Positions 12,666 through 26,070 of a DNA stretch of 64,000 bases are shown here, piece by piece (positions within the stretch are counted from its first letter, which is position 1; each line of letters opens with the position of its first letter). Position numbers and translations under genes: made by a program. Origin of the DNA: Basidiobolus meristosporus CBS 931.73 (lineage: Eukaryota > Fungi > Basidiobolomycota). The stretch is taken from NCBI GenBank assembly GCA_002104905.1, contig MCFE01000443.1:9790-73789 (forward strand). The letters are read 5' to 3'. The notes beneath the pieces are model-generated. The model searched no databases, was not told the origin of the DNA, and was given only the letters and a program-made list of their open reading frames with translations.

Positions 12666-13115
12666 ATGCCAGCAACATTTGATCTTCAAGAGGCCACCCT
12701 GACCTTGGGTTTCGATGCAACCTACCATTATTTTATCTCGGTTTTGTTCGAGGATATAGAGATACCTTTGGACAAGATTACTAAAGTGGGTCTGGGGGCC
12801 AAGCATGGGTTCAAAGGACTGAGGGTTGGTGCTGAGCTTCCTTATGTGTATTTATCTGGTAAGTGTTTATTAACCCTTTGGTTAATCTTATCACCAGGCT
12901 GATAGTGGATAGGAACTATCTACCATCCTTTTAGCGGAGAGAAAAAGGAGTTTTACTACATGCCGCATATAGATACCAGTCGGGTTATCGTACTGAATCT
13001 ACGCGATTTCAAGTACGGCAACGTTTACATGGAAGCACCACCACATGCGGACCCAAATCAGTTGGTTCAGGATATTAGAAATGCGATAGAAGGAATCCGA
13101 GCTCATCAAGATTGA
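12666..13115 (+). CDS. Small uncharacterised protein resembling bacterial PH-like hypothetical proteins; exons 12666-12858 and 12913-13115
   Basis: Splicing GTAAGT(12859)..AG(12912) gives an open 131-aa frame MPATFDLQEATLTLGF...IEIPLDKITKV...GLRVGAELPYVYLSGTIYHPFSGEKKEF...VIVLNLRDFKYGNVYM...; start codon uncertain. Confidence 0.6.
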
Positions 13116-13544
13116 CCAGATGATTGGGCATGATCGTGCCTGGCCCCTGATCCACGAATCTTTGCGCAGCAACCATGCACGCCTAAACAAATTACCTAGT
13201 TTCACTTTATGGTATTCTCTGTGCACAAAATCGCTCTATATGAATAAACAGTGTATATTTTCGTACGGAAGTGGTGTTTTTCTGACCCGACGGAAACAAC
13301 ACCGACCAACCTCGCAAAACCTCCGATAATGCGCTGATTTTCTTTACATGTTGGCCTTGGGATGCTAGGTACAGATCAGGCAAGCCATTCAGTGTACCAT
13401 CAGCATATACTATCCAGTAGATCCGGCATAAACATTCTATCGAGCACTAATACCACGATACGGATGTTCCATCCACCAACAATCCCAGAAATAATTAAAC
13501 TTCAACTTCTTCTCACGATTAGCCATTTGGAGCTTCTTGGACCG

Positions 13545-13596
13545 CTATCCAGATGGCCTACTTTAGAATACTATCCAGATGGCCTACTTCAGAATA
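13545..13596 (+). repeat. 26-bp tandem duplication
   Basis: CTATCCAGATGGCCTACTTTAGAATA followed by CTATCCAGATGGCCTACTTCAGAATA (1 mismatch). Confidence 0.9.
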
Positions 13597-14746
13597 TTAT
13601 GCAACGTGGAATAGTCATCTGATCCACCCTTTCACAAGCGTTCTAAGGGAACAGAAGGAGGTGGTTGTACCAGAGCATCAAGGCTATCTAAAAGGGGTTA
13701 CAGCAAAACTCGGAATGTGGGTGGTTGTGGGTAGGGTTCCTAATGAGGCTAACCCTTGAAGGTGAAAGACGAATGAATAGGAGAGAGGAGAGAGGAACTA
13801 CAGCCACTAGGGTGAATTTGGAAACCGGAATAACTTCCTCACAACGGCAACTAGTCTCGAATCCCAAAGATCGAAACACGCAGAGTTTGGATGTTCCGAG
13901 GTTGATCAAGATTTCCAAACTAGAATGGCAAGTTCCCAGTTAAAGAAATTCGCACTTCTAGATACAAAAGTAAATTATTCCATATCAAGCTGGGCTTTAT
14001 CACCGTAGCGAATAGCCAGAAAAATCGCCGACATGCTCCAACCCGGTTGACCAGGACTTCCTAAACTCGCACTGATAAACAATTCCCTCTTTTTGGCAAG
14101 GAATCCGTCATCACTGATCAAATCCGGCTGCTGAGTCAAGACATTTTGTGGCTACCGAAGTTCTATTATTGGTTACGAGCCAAAGGGGGGAGATAGTGGC
14201 ATTTGAATTGGTCCACATAGCTACGAATCCTATTAAGCAGTTACCAGGTAGTGATTGGGAACTATAGTCAGAAGTATCCACGTTCGAAAGTGTGTTCGAA
14301 TGTTAGTGTTGCTTCTTTAGTAACCTCCAAAGAGCGAATGATTTGGATGGAAGTGAGATTATATATCGAAATAGGCAAGTTCGTCCCTGGTACGATGGTT
14401 TCTATCTTCGCAGGCCTCTGTCTTCCATTGGTTGCCATGCGGATCGAAGGCTTAAACAGTCGCGGGTGTTGATCTTCCAAAGTTCGGCCGTCAAGTATAT
14501 AAGGCCGAGGGCTCACTTGAGTAAATCTTCACGCCACTCCAGTCTTTCAACACACCGTTCTCACCACTCCGGAAAGCTCTCGCGCATACACCACTGCAGC
14601 AACTGACAGACAAACCTCTGGACAGAATCAAGAACACACCATTAACTCAGTTTCATGTTGGTTGCTCGAAACTATATTAGAGCAGGGCCTTTTTATATTG
14701 ACTCGTTTCTGATATAAGACTTACGACTAAGTAAATAATTGATTTG

Positions 14747-15772
14747 ATGGAAAATTCCTACAACAAAGGTGGTTCCATTTCCATGGTGGTCCCAACTTCG
14801 TTGCGTTCGCCAAATCATCCATCCGGCAGTACCTCACAAGCCATGGCCTCAGACAAGCCTTATCCCATGGGGAACCCCACGGTGGGCACCAAGCTGAAGC
14901 TATTTCGCTTTGAAAACTCCACCCAAGGCCGAGTTCGTAAGCCACGCAAAAAGAAGAAAGCTGGCTCCTACCTCGTCCACGGGGTGAATATATTGAATAA
15001 TGACAACACCGAGCACAAGCCGAATCCCCAAAGACCCAAGCAACGCGATCAGTCTAAACCCAAGAATGATCAACCCTGTCCTCAGGTTGATCCTGCTGTA
15101 AAGAAACTTGTAGATATGCTTCCCTCCATCGGTCGCGAAGGGTCTGGCCACGACACGGCAAATGTCTTGAAGATGGCTGCGGAGTACCTCGAGAAGCTCC
15201 GCGACGAGAATCAAAATCTACGCTTTGAAAACCAGCTACTCAAAGAATACCCGCAGACCAGCCCTGAGAGTGAGAGACACCCATCCATTGTAATTACCAG
15301 TAGCGAAAATACCCAACCTCCCAACGAATATATCCCTGTCTCTGCACGCTCCTCCCAGGTTACCAGCCCTTATGTTTCTCCATCCCTGAGACCAATGAGG
15401 CCCGGCTCCCCGCTCTTCAATTACGAACAAGATCAATCCATGGAGATGCGGACCCCCACGTTTAACAGTGGATATATGTCCAACTCATCCTCGGCCTCCT
15501 CACCAAGCCAAACCCCGCCTCCTCACAACCTAGCGCCCATCCGGACAGACCTACCCCTGCTCCCTCCTCTGACTTCCTTCTTACAGCCAGAGCCCCAATC
15601 AGCAGGCACTCTGAGCATCCCAAGTTCACCAGTATCCGCACACTCCCCCCAGCAAACTGCAGCCAACCGAAATTTCATCGACCACTCACCCATCCAGTTT
15701 GCATTTTCACTCTCCAGTTCGCCCAAACAGAACAACAATCAATCCACTTTTTTCAATGCCTATTCCATGTAA
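14747..15772 (+). CDS. Intronless HLH-leucine-zipper-like protein with Ser/Pro-rich C-terminus
   Basis: AVKKLVDMLP...DTANVLKMAAEYLEKLRDENQNLRFENQLLKE fits helix1-loop-helix2-zipper; low-complexity S/P tail. Confidence 0.65.
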   Translation: MENSYNKGGSISMVVPTSLRSPNHPSGSTSQAMASDKPYPMGNPTVGTKLKLFRFENSTQGRVRKPRKKKKAGSYLVHGVNILNNDNTEHKPNPQRPKQRDQSKPKNDQPCPQVDPAVKKLVDMLPSIGREGSGHDTANVLKMAAEYLEKLRDENQNLRFENQLLKEYPQTSPESERHPSIVITSSENTQPPNEYIPVSARSSQVTSPYVSPSLRPMRPGSPLFNYEQDQSMEMRTPTFNSGYMSNSSSASSPSQTPPPHNLAPIRTDLPLLPPLTSFLQPEPQSAGTLSIPSSPVSAHSPQQTAANRNFIDHSPIQFAFSLSSSPKQNNNQSTFFNAYSM

Positions 15773-16063
15773 AATTCAATTATATATTCGAGACTCGTTA
15801 AATAGGGGCAACCCCCCTTCTATATAGATGGATGTTCAATAAATCTCTTTCCCGCCCCCCCACTCTCCAAGTGAATCGCTTATGGTTGGGTGCCGTACAT
15901 ATGACCCGGGGCTTAGGCCACTGGGGAGAAAATCATTTTATATAACCAGAACGTAATGGACAAGGGAAACTACAAAGAAAATTCACCAACATGGTTGACA
16001 ATCAGTGGAAAAGTAAAAGAAATCTTGTGTGGTTGGTCATTGGATATTTAGTGTCCGGAAACT

Positions 16064-18718
16064 TCAGTTCTCTTCTTGGGGTGGCTTTTTGGATGGCAAT
16101 GGGGATTGGTTTTGGGTGGAGAGTTGAGGGGAGCTTTGGGTACTACGGTCGGCCCCAGTGTTTTCAATGGGCACAGAGCCAGCACGGGTTCCATTGTTGT
16201 TTTGAGAATGCGGGAGGTGGGGTGACACGGAGGTTGGCTTGGAGGGCTCCTCGCTAGCTGGCAGTGGAGGCATGGTGTGGCTCCTCTTGGGCTCGCTGGA
16301 GTCGGCGTTCTCAGGCTCCCGGCTGACGGAATTCTCCTTTCCTCCGCGCATGCTCATCATGCTCATCAGGGCATCCGCGCCGTCGTAATCCTCGTCGAGC
16401 TGTTTGTTCCCTCCGTAGGATTTGCTCTCGCTAGCTTCGTGGGGCTTGTCCTGTGGGGCGCCTGGCTTCTCTTCTACATTTCTACTTTCGTTTTTCCCTT
16501 CCTCGTTTTGGTTTTCTACATTACTCTGCCTGGATTCCTTGACACCGCTTGGCGTGTTACGTCCGCTATGATCGAATGGCTCATATTTGAAGCCTTGAGC
16601 ATTAGGAGAGTAGGTTTCGGGCTTCGGTCTATTAGGGTTGATGGGTGAGGGCATGTTGGGAGGTCTTCTATCGCCAGTGTTAGCTTCGCTAGGTCTTGAG
16701 TAGGGATCACTGTGTACCGGGCTATCATGGTTGTGATAATTGCTAATACCGTTGTTGAGTCTTATCGCGTCATCAGCCTCCCTCTTTTCCACGGGCATAG
16801 GCTGGTGCTTTTCCTGCTGCTGATTGTAGGATGGGCTCACGTCGGGCGGCTGCTGCATCCTATGATCCATGTTATGATGGGGGGAGTCGGTCACCGGCCT
16901 GGGCATAGGAGCGTTAGGGCTCATGTGCGGGGGATATGATGGTCTAGCATCGTTCATTCCATAGGGCCCACGAGGGCCTGGGTGCTCGCCTCTATTCATA
17001 GATGGATGCTCTTGAGGAGGGGGTGTACGACGTCCGTGGTTGTTAAGCTCAGGCGGGGGAGCAGGGCGGTCACCAGGTGGCCCATGAGGATATCCGGGGA
17101 ATCCTTGAGGAGGGCCTTGAAGGCCGCCGCCCTGTTGAAGTTGCGATGGGAAGTTGCTATTGTTTTGGTAAGTCGAAAGATTAACATCTTGAGGTACCGG
17201 GGCGGCGGGCTGGGGGCCTGCGGTTTGGGCATTGCGGAGCAGTTGCAATCTTTGCTTGATGTGAGGGTTGTTGGGATCAAGCTCGGCCGCACGCTGGTAA
17301 GCATCAATGGCATCGTTGATTTGGTTGTTGCACGACTCGTACAGGGTACCCAAGTCGTACCAAACCTCGCTGATGTAAGGATTAAGCCGAATGGCACGAC
17401 TGTAGGCATCCAACGCATCCCGATATTGGTGGATTTGATAATAAAGCACACCGATAGAGCACCAAAAGGTGGGATTCCGTCCGTCACGGTAGACCGCCTG
17501 TTGGTAAGCCTCGTAAGCCTTGTTGTATTTTTGCTGGGCCATGTAGCATCGACCCAACAAATACCAAGACTGCGCATCTGCACCATCCGCCTCAATGGAT
17601 TTGGTTAGGTATGAAATGGCAGCATCCTGGTTGCAGAATGGCGCATTCTGTTGGTGGAAAAGCCAGCCAAGCTGTTGCAGCACCTTGGCGTGGTTTGGAT
17701 TCTCGGACAGTACTCTCTCGTAAGCTTCTTTGGCCAGTTGGAACTAATGCAAAGTATCAGTCGCATGCACTTCAACACACGGTGTTTCCTCACTATTACC
17801 TCTTTCTGTTGTTCGTAAACATGTCCGATTTGGAACCAAATGTCTACCTCGGTTAGTGGACGAGGAGGGGTGCGAAGGATATATTGGAAGCACTAGCGTA
17901 GAGGGGTCATTAGCATGTTGCTCGAAGGAGCAAACTGAATAAACGGGTGCTTACTTGCAGGCTTAGGTCGAACTTCTGCTGTTGCTTGTATATGATACCC
18001 AAGCGAAAGTAAATCTCGTTGGCCTTTTCGAATTTAGGGTCCATCCGCAGTACGGCCGAGAATGCCTCCTCCGCATGCTCCAATGACTGATACCTGTCGT
18101 AGAGTATACCAATGCCATACCACAGTTTCGGTTCCTACGAAGCCCAAAGCGGTTAGGTCGAATTCGACTGCATTGGAGGCATGTAAATGCAGTCACTTAC
18201 TTTTGGATTGGGGAGATGATATAAAGCCTGCTGATATGCAGTGTATGCTTTCTGTAAGTCGTCCATCATCAGGTAACAATGACCCAAAGCGCCCCAGATA
18301 TCGCCATGGTTTCCTTCAATGTTGAGAATTCTTTGGAAATACTCTACAGCCTAAAAACACCGCAATTAAGCATGGAATCAGCGGCGATCAAGTCGAGTGG
18401 ACATATACCTTGGGAAATTGTTCACGGCTTCTGCACAAAGAAGCAATCTGAGTTAGCGCAGAGACGGAATAAGGATTGTGCCTGAGAGTGGCCTCATAAG
18501 CATTCATGGCACGATCGTGGTCAAGCATCAACTCAGCCAAAGCACCTATGAAATAGCAAGGTTTAGAGCAGGCGATGGAGGGGAGATCAGAAGTAAGGGG
18601 TCTAACCAAGCTGAAGCCAAGTTTGCTCATTCATTGAAACCAATTTTTGAGATGCAGTCATTTGCTGCGGAGCGAGGTTGGGGGCTGCTCTAACAGCGGA
18701 GGTACCGTTAGTCGACAT
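16064..18718 (-). CDS. CYC8: General transcriptional co-repressor Cyc8/Ssn6 (TPR protein), multi-exon
   Basis: TPR motifs LAELMLDHDRAMNAYEATLRHNPYS, DIWGALGHCYLMMDDLQKAYTAYQQALYHL, EPKLWYGIGILYDRY, SWYLLGRCYMAQQKYNKAYEAYQQAVYRDGRNPTFWCSIGVLYYQI; ATG at 18718. Confidence 0.95.
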
Positions 18719-19647
18719 GTTGGTTGAAGTGGATTTGGGCGCGAATTTTCACGATTTGAACGCGTATAAAGACGATCAGCGGATGTTGATGTGTTGAGGG
18801 TCTTTGAGTGTGGCTAGGGAAAAATAGATGATCGCGACACTCTTCACTGCAGGATAAAAGGCTGGTAGGACACACGTACGGAGCAGGAGAGAGATGGGCA
18901 CCGCTTGCTGGTTAAGCTAGGGATAAAATTAACTTAGTGTAGTAAAAAATAACAAAACTAGTTTGGTAGGCTAGTTGACTTGGGAATAACTCCGAGAAAG
19001 AGTATTGGGAAAGAAGCAAGAAGGCTGAATGGTGCGGAAGGAAAAAAAATAGACCAAGAGGAACGCGCCAACTAATTGTGTATTTCCAATATAAAATCAA
19101 ATAGATTTGATCTGACGATTGGAATGTTCTCCCACAACGTTAATTCTGGATTTTAAAATGGCCGTTTCTATGTATCCTCAGTATATGTATCCGACTATCC
19201 CCATTCAATACAAATATCAGGATCGCTGCATATTCCAAACCCAATCGAGATTTGCTAGTGAGTGGTGAAGGAATTGGGCCCAAAGTGCCATCACTGTGAC
19301 CCGTGCACGCTCCAATGCCAAATCCTGAATTTTTTTATCACCGAATCCACCATTGCCTGCCCCAGAGCTCACCGCTATATGTGTTGATTGCGATGATTTC
19401 GTTTAGCCTATTGTTTCTTAGGCTGTCAATTCAGACAATACCTGTGTAACTCTCAACAGAATTGGGGAATTTGTGGTGTCATATGGTGATAATTCCTGCC
19501 TCCAGGGTTTTCTTGTGGGTTTAAGTTGAGCAATGTTTCACAGGAATCGGGCTTATCTTTAAGCCAACTCGGATTCTGTGCCTATCAGGTGTGCGCACTG
19601 TACTCCTTTTTTTCTTCACTCCTCTCTCCAGCGCTTTCAACTCAACT

Positions 19648-21018
19648 ATGGCATCCGCTGACAGCACCAACATCCTTGACATGTCCCTGGAAGACATGAT
19701 AAAGACCGACAAAAAGCTCAGAACCAGTCACCCAAAGCCCAGTTCTGACAACAAGAGCGACCGCGGCAGAAACGACAAGAGAAACCGCTCAACCCCGTAC
19801 TCGCGTCAGGTAACTTCGTAACCATCTGGTTTCTTTTCGAGTCCTTCTTATTCATCAGCACTCTGCGACTCGTAGAAACCTCGTCGCAACGGAAACAGTG
19901 ATGAGCAATGGACACACGATCTATTCAACGAGGGCACACCGGCTGCAACCGCTAACCCTCGCTCCAATGACACCTCCACATTTAGAAAGATCCAGGTGGA
20001 AAATCTTCACTACGAGGTTTCTCAGCAAGATCTCGAGGTTTGTGCTCATTGATATGTTCGCTGATCACCCATGTCTATCAACTGACCGTCCTTGGTTGTT
20101 GCTGATTCACTGTAGGAATTATTTACTACGGTCGGGGCGGTGAAGAAAGTTAACATTGTCTACGATAATGCTGGAAGATCGACTGGTGTGGCCAAGATTC
20201 AATTTGAAACCCCCGCCCACGCGGCCCAAGCTATCCAACAATACAACAATGTCACACTTGATGGTAACGGGGGTTTATTTAGTATGTTGTTAAATGCCCA
20301 CCCTTGCTAAAGGTCCTTTGGGCTGTTAGGGAAGCCTATGAAAATCGGGTACGCTCCTGGTGGCCGTGGATCATCTGCCTCTCAACCTTCCATCATGAGT
20401 CGTCTTGGCGGTGTATCCAGAAAGTATGTTCATTTCCTACCCACCCACTTCAATGGTACCCAGTCTTTTCTTCGAATGCTGTTTTGTCCCACGTATACGA
20501 TGCTCTTCGCCATTGCGCGAGAAACCCGCGCGGTTTGAATCGATGATGCGCCAGCGTGTCCTCACGGAATAGTGCTCGAGTGTCGGGCAAGACAGTGATG
20601 ATGAAATCAAAGGCAATCAAGCCTGAGAAGCCCAGACGTTTGTTTGTCGTGCTAGACAGTGAACTTGGAAGAAGTCGATAGTTGCAATGGATCAATCTCC
20701 CTTCATCTCCACTTAATAGCATTTCTTCCAAACTCATCCTTCATCGATCCATCTACTTACGGGAAACCTCTCATGAAAATCTTAGTGGCACCAGAAAACC
20801 TGCCAACAACCGCCCCCGTGGAGCCCAGAGAAGAGGGGACAGACGCAGCGGCCAAAGTGAGCCTCGCGGCAAGCGTGAGCCCGCTAGCAAAGACGACCTA
20901 GATGCTGAGCTGGAGTCCTACATGCAAGTCGATAATGGGGTGAGTGCTCGAAAAGTTCGTCAACATCAAGGATCCCATAGCTGACCGCGTGCCGTTGTAG
21001 GTTACCATGCAAGAATAG
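19648..21018 (+). CDS. YRA1: mRNA export adaptor Yra1/ALYREF/THOC4 (RRM), 6 exons
   Basis: N-box LDMSLEDMIK, RRM IQVENLHYEVSQQDLEELF...YDNAGRSTGVA, C-box SKDDLDAELESYM. Confidence 0.9.
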
Positions 21019-21330
21019 GAGCATAGAATGAGCAGGATTACTATTTCTACCGTGCCGGCCCCGCCTTCACTTCTGTATCTTGGTTTGAAACGAGCCACGT
21101 CCGCTTTTGCTCTTCCAATGACCCTCTGTTACATAGTCGTTCGATACGTGTCAGCAACACCCATCGTTTCATTACTTTCCTCACTAAAAACACTCAAATC
21201 AATGCAAATCGCGGATTTATTTATTAATCTACTGTGGCAGTATCGGCGGAATAGCGAAGTTTTGTTTATTTGCGGTGGTGTGCTGTGACTGTGACTGTGG
21301 CTATGGCTTTGTCGTAAGCTCAATCACGGC

Positions 21331-23597
<2,267 letters not shown>

Positions 23598-23865
23598 ATG
23601 TGCGAATGAACGCTCCACTATGCTGCATGATATCATCCGTTGGTCTTATATACGCATCTCAAACTGATTCGACTCGTGGGAATCTCCTGATACGAGACAG
23701 CTACATTCGTTTTGGTAATAGCAGTAGTCGGGTGTCGTGGGGTAGGAGCATTGCGTCGGAATCCACCGATGGTCATTGTTGTTCAGAACTTGTCTGTATT
23801 TAAACAAACATCTAATCGAGGCTGTTTAAGCGTCGCTCGTACAGGAAAAAAAGGAGTTCACTTGG

Positions 23866-23878
23866 AATTTTTTTCATC
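23866..23878. promoter_or_regulatory. RRPE-like motif upstream of NOP2
   Basis: AATTTTTTTCATC (reverse GATGAAAAAAATT) about 115 nt before a ribosome-biogenesis gene; a similar TGAAAAAATAT lies just upstream of NOC2. AT-rich, so may be chance. Confidence 0.3.
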
Positions 23879-23991
23879 GTTGCCAGAGCAATTTTTTTTA
23901 TTTTTTTTTCTGAGGAATTGTGTATGCTTACTTAGCGTTAGATTATTCTCTCCTCTGGGTTCGAGTATTCGTTTCGGTACATACACATCAA

Positions 23992-25862
23992 ATGGGTCGT
24001 AGAGCTAAGAACAAGCAGCAGGATCCATCTCCTTACGGTGCTGCCCCTAAGGGAGCTAAGCAAGGTGCCACACCCAAAAAGGGATCCAAACCCCAACCCA
24101 AAAAGCAAACCCCCACTCCAACAAAGAGACAAAATAATAGGGCACAGCCTAAAAAGCGTAAGGCTGAGGAGGAAGAGGAGTCTGATTCCGAGGAAGAAGT
24201 CTCCCCTCCACCCAAGAAGACCAAGCCCGTCAAGAAGTCACCTGCTAAGCCTGCTCCCAAGGCTAACGCCAAAACTACCAAGCAGGAATTGTTCGACGAT
24301 TCTGACGACGAGCCTAAGTTCCCCAAATCAAAGAAGGGCTTCTCGGATGACAACGCCAAGTGGCTCAAGCCCAAGAAGGACGATAGCGACGATGAGGATT
24401 CCGATGAATTGGTAAGCTCTTGGCTGAATACTTCGCTCACATATGTATGGCGTGTTGACCTTTCTATTTACAGAACTCTGATGATGACTTTGGCTCTGAC
24501 CCATCGGAGGGAGATTTCGGCTCTGATTCCGAGGGTGAACTCAACTCTGACGAAATCCCAGATTCTGATGATTTTGGTAGCGACATGGACTCTGATGATG
24601 ATGACTTCGAGGGTGGTCTCTCAGAGGCCAAATCCAAGAAGCTTGAGGCCAAGCAACGTAAGATGGAGGAGGAGGCTGATGCTGAACTCAAAACCAACAT
24701 TGCCGAAACCGAGGTCTTCACACTTCCTAGCGGACAGGAGATCGAGCAGGAGAACATGATGGCCCCCGACCTTGTCGTGATCAAGCAGAGAATTGCCGAC
24801 ATCACCCGTGTTCTCAGCAACTTCAAGGAATTAAGAGACCCCGAGAGATCTCGCTCGGATTACACTGAGCTTCTGATCAAGGATCTGGCTGTGTACTACG
24901 GCTACTCCGAGTTCCTGATGGACAAGTTCTTCCACATCTTCCCTCTTGCCGAGTTGACCGAGTTCTTGGAAGCTAACGAAGTTCCTCGTCCCGTTACCAT
25001 CAGAACCAACACTTTGAAGACTCGTCGTCGTGATCTTGCCCAGGCCCTCATCAACCGTGGTGTGAACTTGGATCCCGTTGGCAAATGGTCCAAAGTAGGC
25101 CTTCAGATTTTCGACGCACCCGTCCCCATTGGTGCTACACCCGAGTACTTGGCTGGTCACTACATGATCCAAACCGCCTCCTCCTTCCTCCCAGTCATGG
25201 CCCTTGCTCCTCAGGAGAACGAGCGTATCCTCGATATGGCCTCTGCTCCAGGTGGTAAGACCACCTATATCGCTGCCCTTATCAAGAACACCGGCTGTGT
25301 CTTTGCCAACGATGCCAACAAGGACCGTACCAAGGCTTTGGTTGCCAACATCCACAGACTGGGCGTCCGCAACACTGTGGTTTGTAACTACGACGGTAGA
25401 GAGTTCCCCAAGGTGATCGGTGGCTTTGATCGTGTGCTTCTGGATGCTCCATGCTCTGGTACTGGTGTTATTTCCAAGGATCAGTCGGTCAAATTGAACA
25501 AGACCGAGCAAGACTTCAAGATGCTCTCCCACTTGCAAAAGGAGCTCATCCTCTCCGCCATCGACTCCGTCGATGCCAACTCAAAGACCGGTGGATACAT
25601 CGTTTACTCCACCTGTTCCATCACCGTGGATGAGAATGAGGATGTCATCAACTACGCACTCAGCAAGCGTCCCAACGTCAAGCTGGTCTCCACCGGAATC
25701 AGCTTCGGTGTGGAGGGATACACCAACTACAGAGGAAAGAAGTACCATCCCACTCTGAACCTTACCCGCCGCTACTACCCCCATACTCACAATATGGATG
25801 GTTTCTACGTTGCCAAGCTCAAGAAAGTGTCCAACAAGTTCGCGGCCCCCACGAAAGACTAA
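23992..25862 (+). CDS. NOP2: 25S rRNA m5C methyltransferase Nop2 (NSUN1), one intron about 24412-24473
   Basis: MGRRAKNKQQDP start; ILDMASAPGGKTT, FDRVLLDAPCSGTG, VYSTCSITVDENEDVI, RYYPHTHNMDGFYVAKLKK. Confidence 0.97.
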
Positions 25863-26070
25863 GGTCTTCGCTTTCACTCCACTCTTCCGGAATCATATGT
25901 GTACAGGACGTCTAAAATAATCATGTCGATCAGTAGTATTCCTTAGATGATCAAGGGGTGCGTTTGTGTAATGCGCTGCCTGACTGAATACTCGGTGACT
26001 TTCAGTAAACCTTCGATTTATAGATATTTACATCGATGCTTATTAGAAAAAATGCAATAAAGCTGTCATT

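Noticed and set aside
10319-13115. Bacterial contamination or chimeric assembly around the bacterial-like genes
   Set aside because: Both genes have spliceosomal introns and are interleaved with U2AF1 and PEX14-like genes with no obvious change in sequence style.
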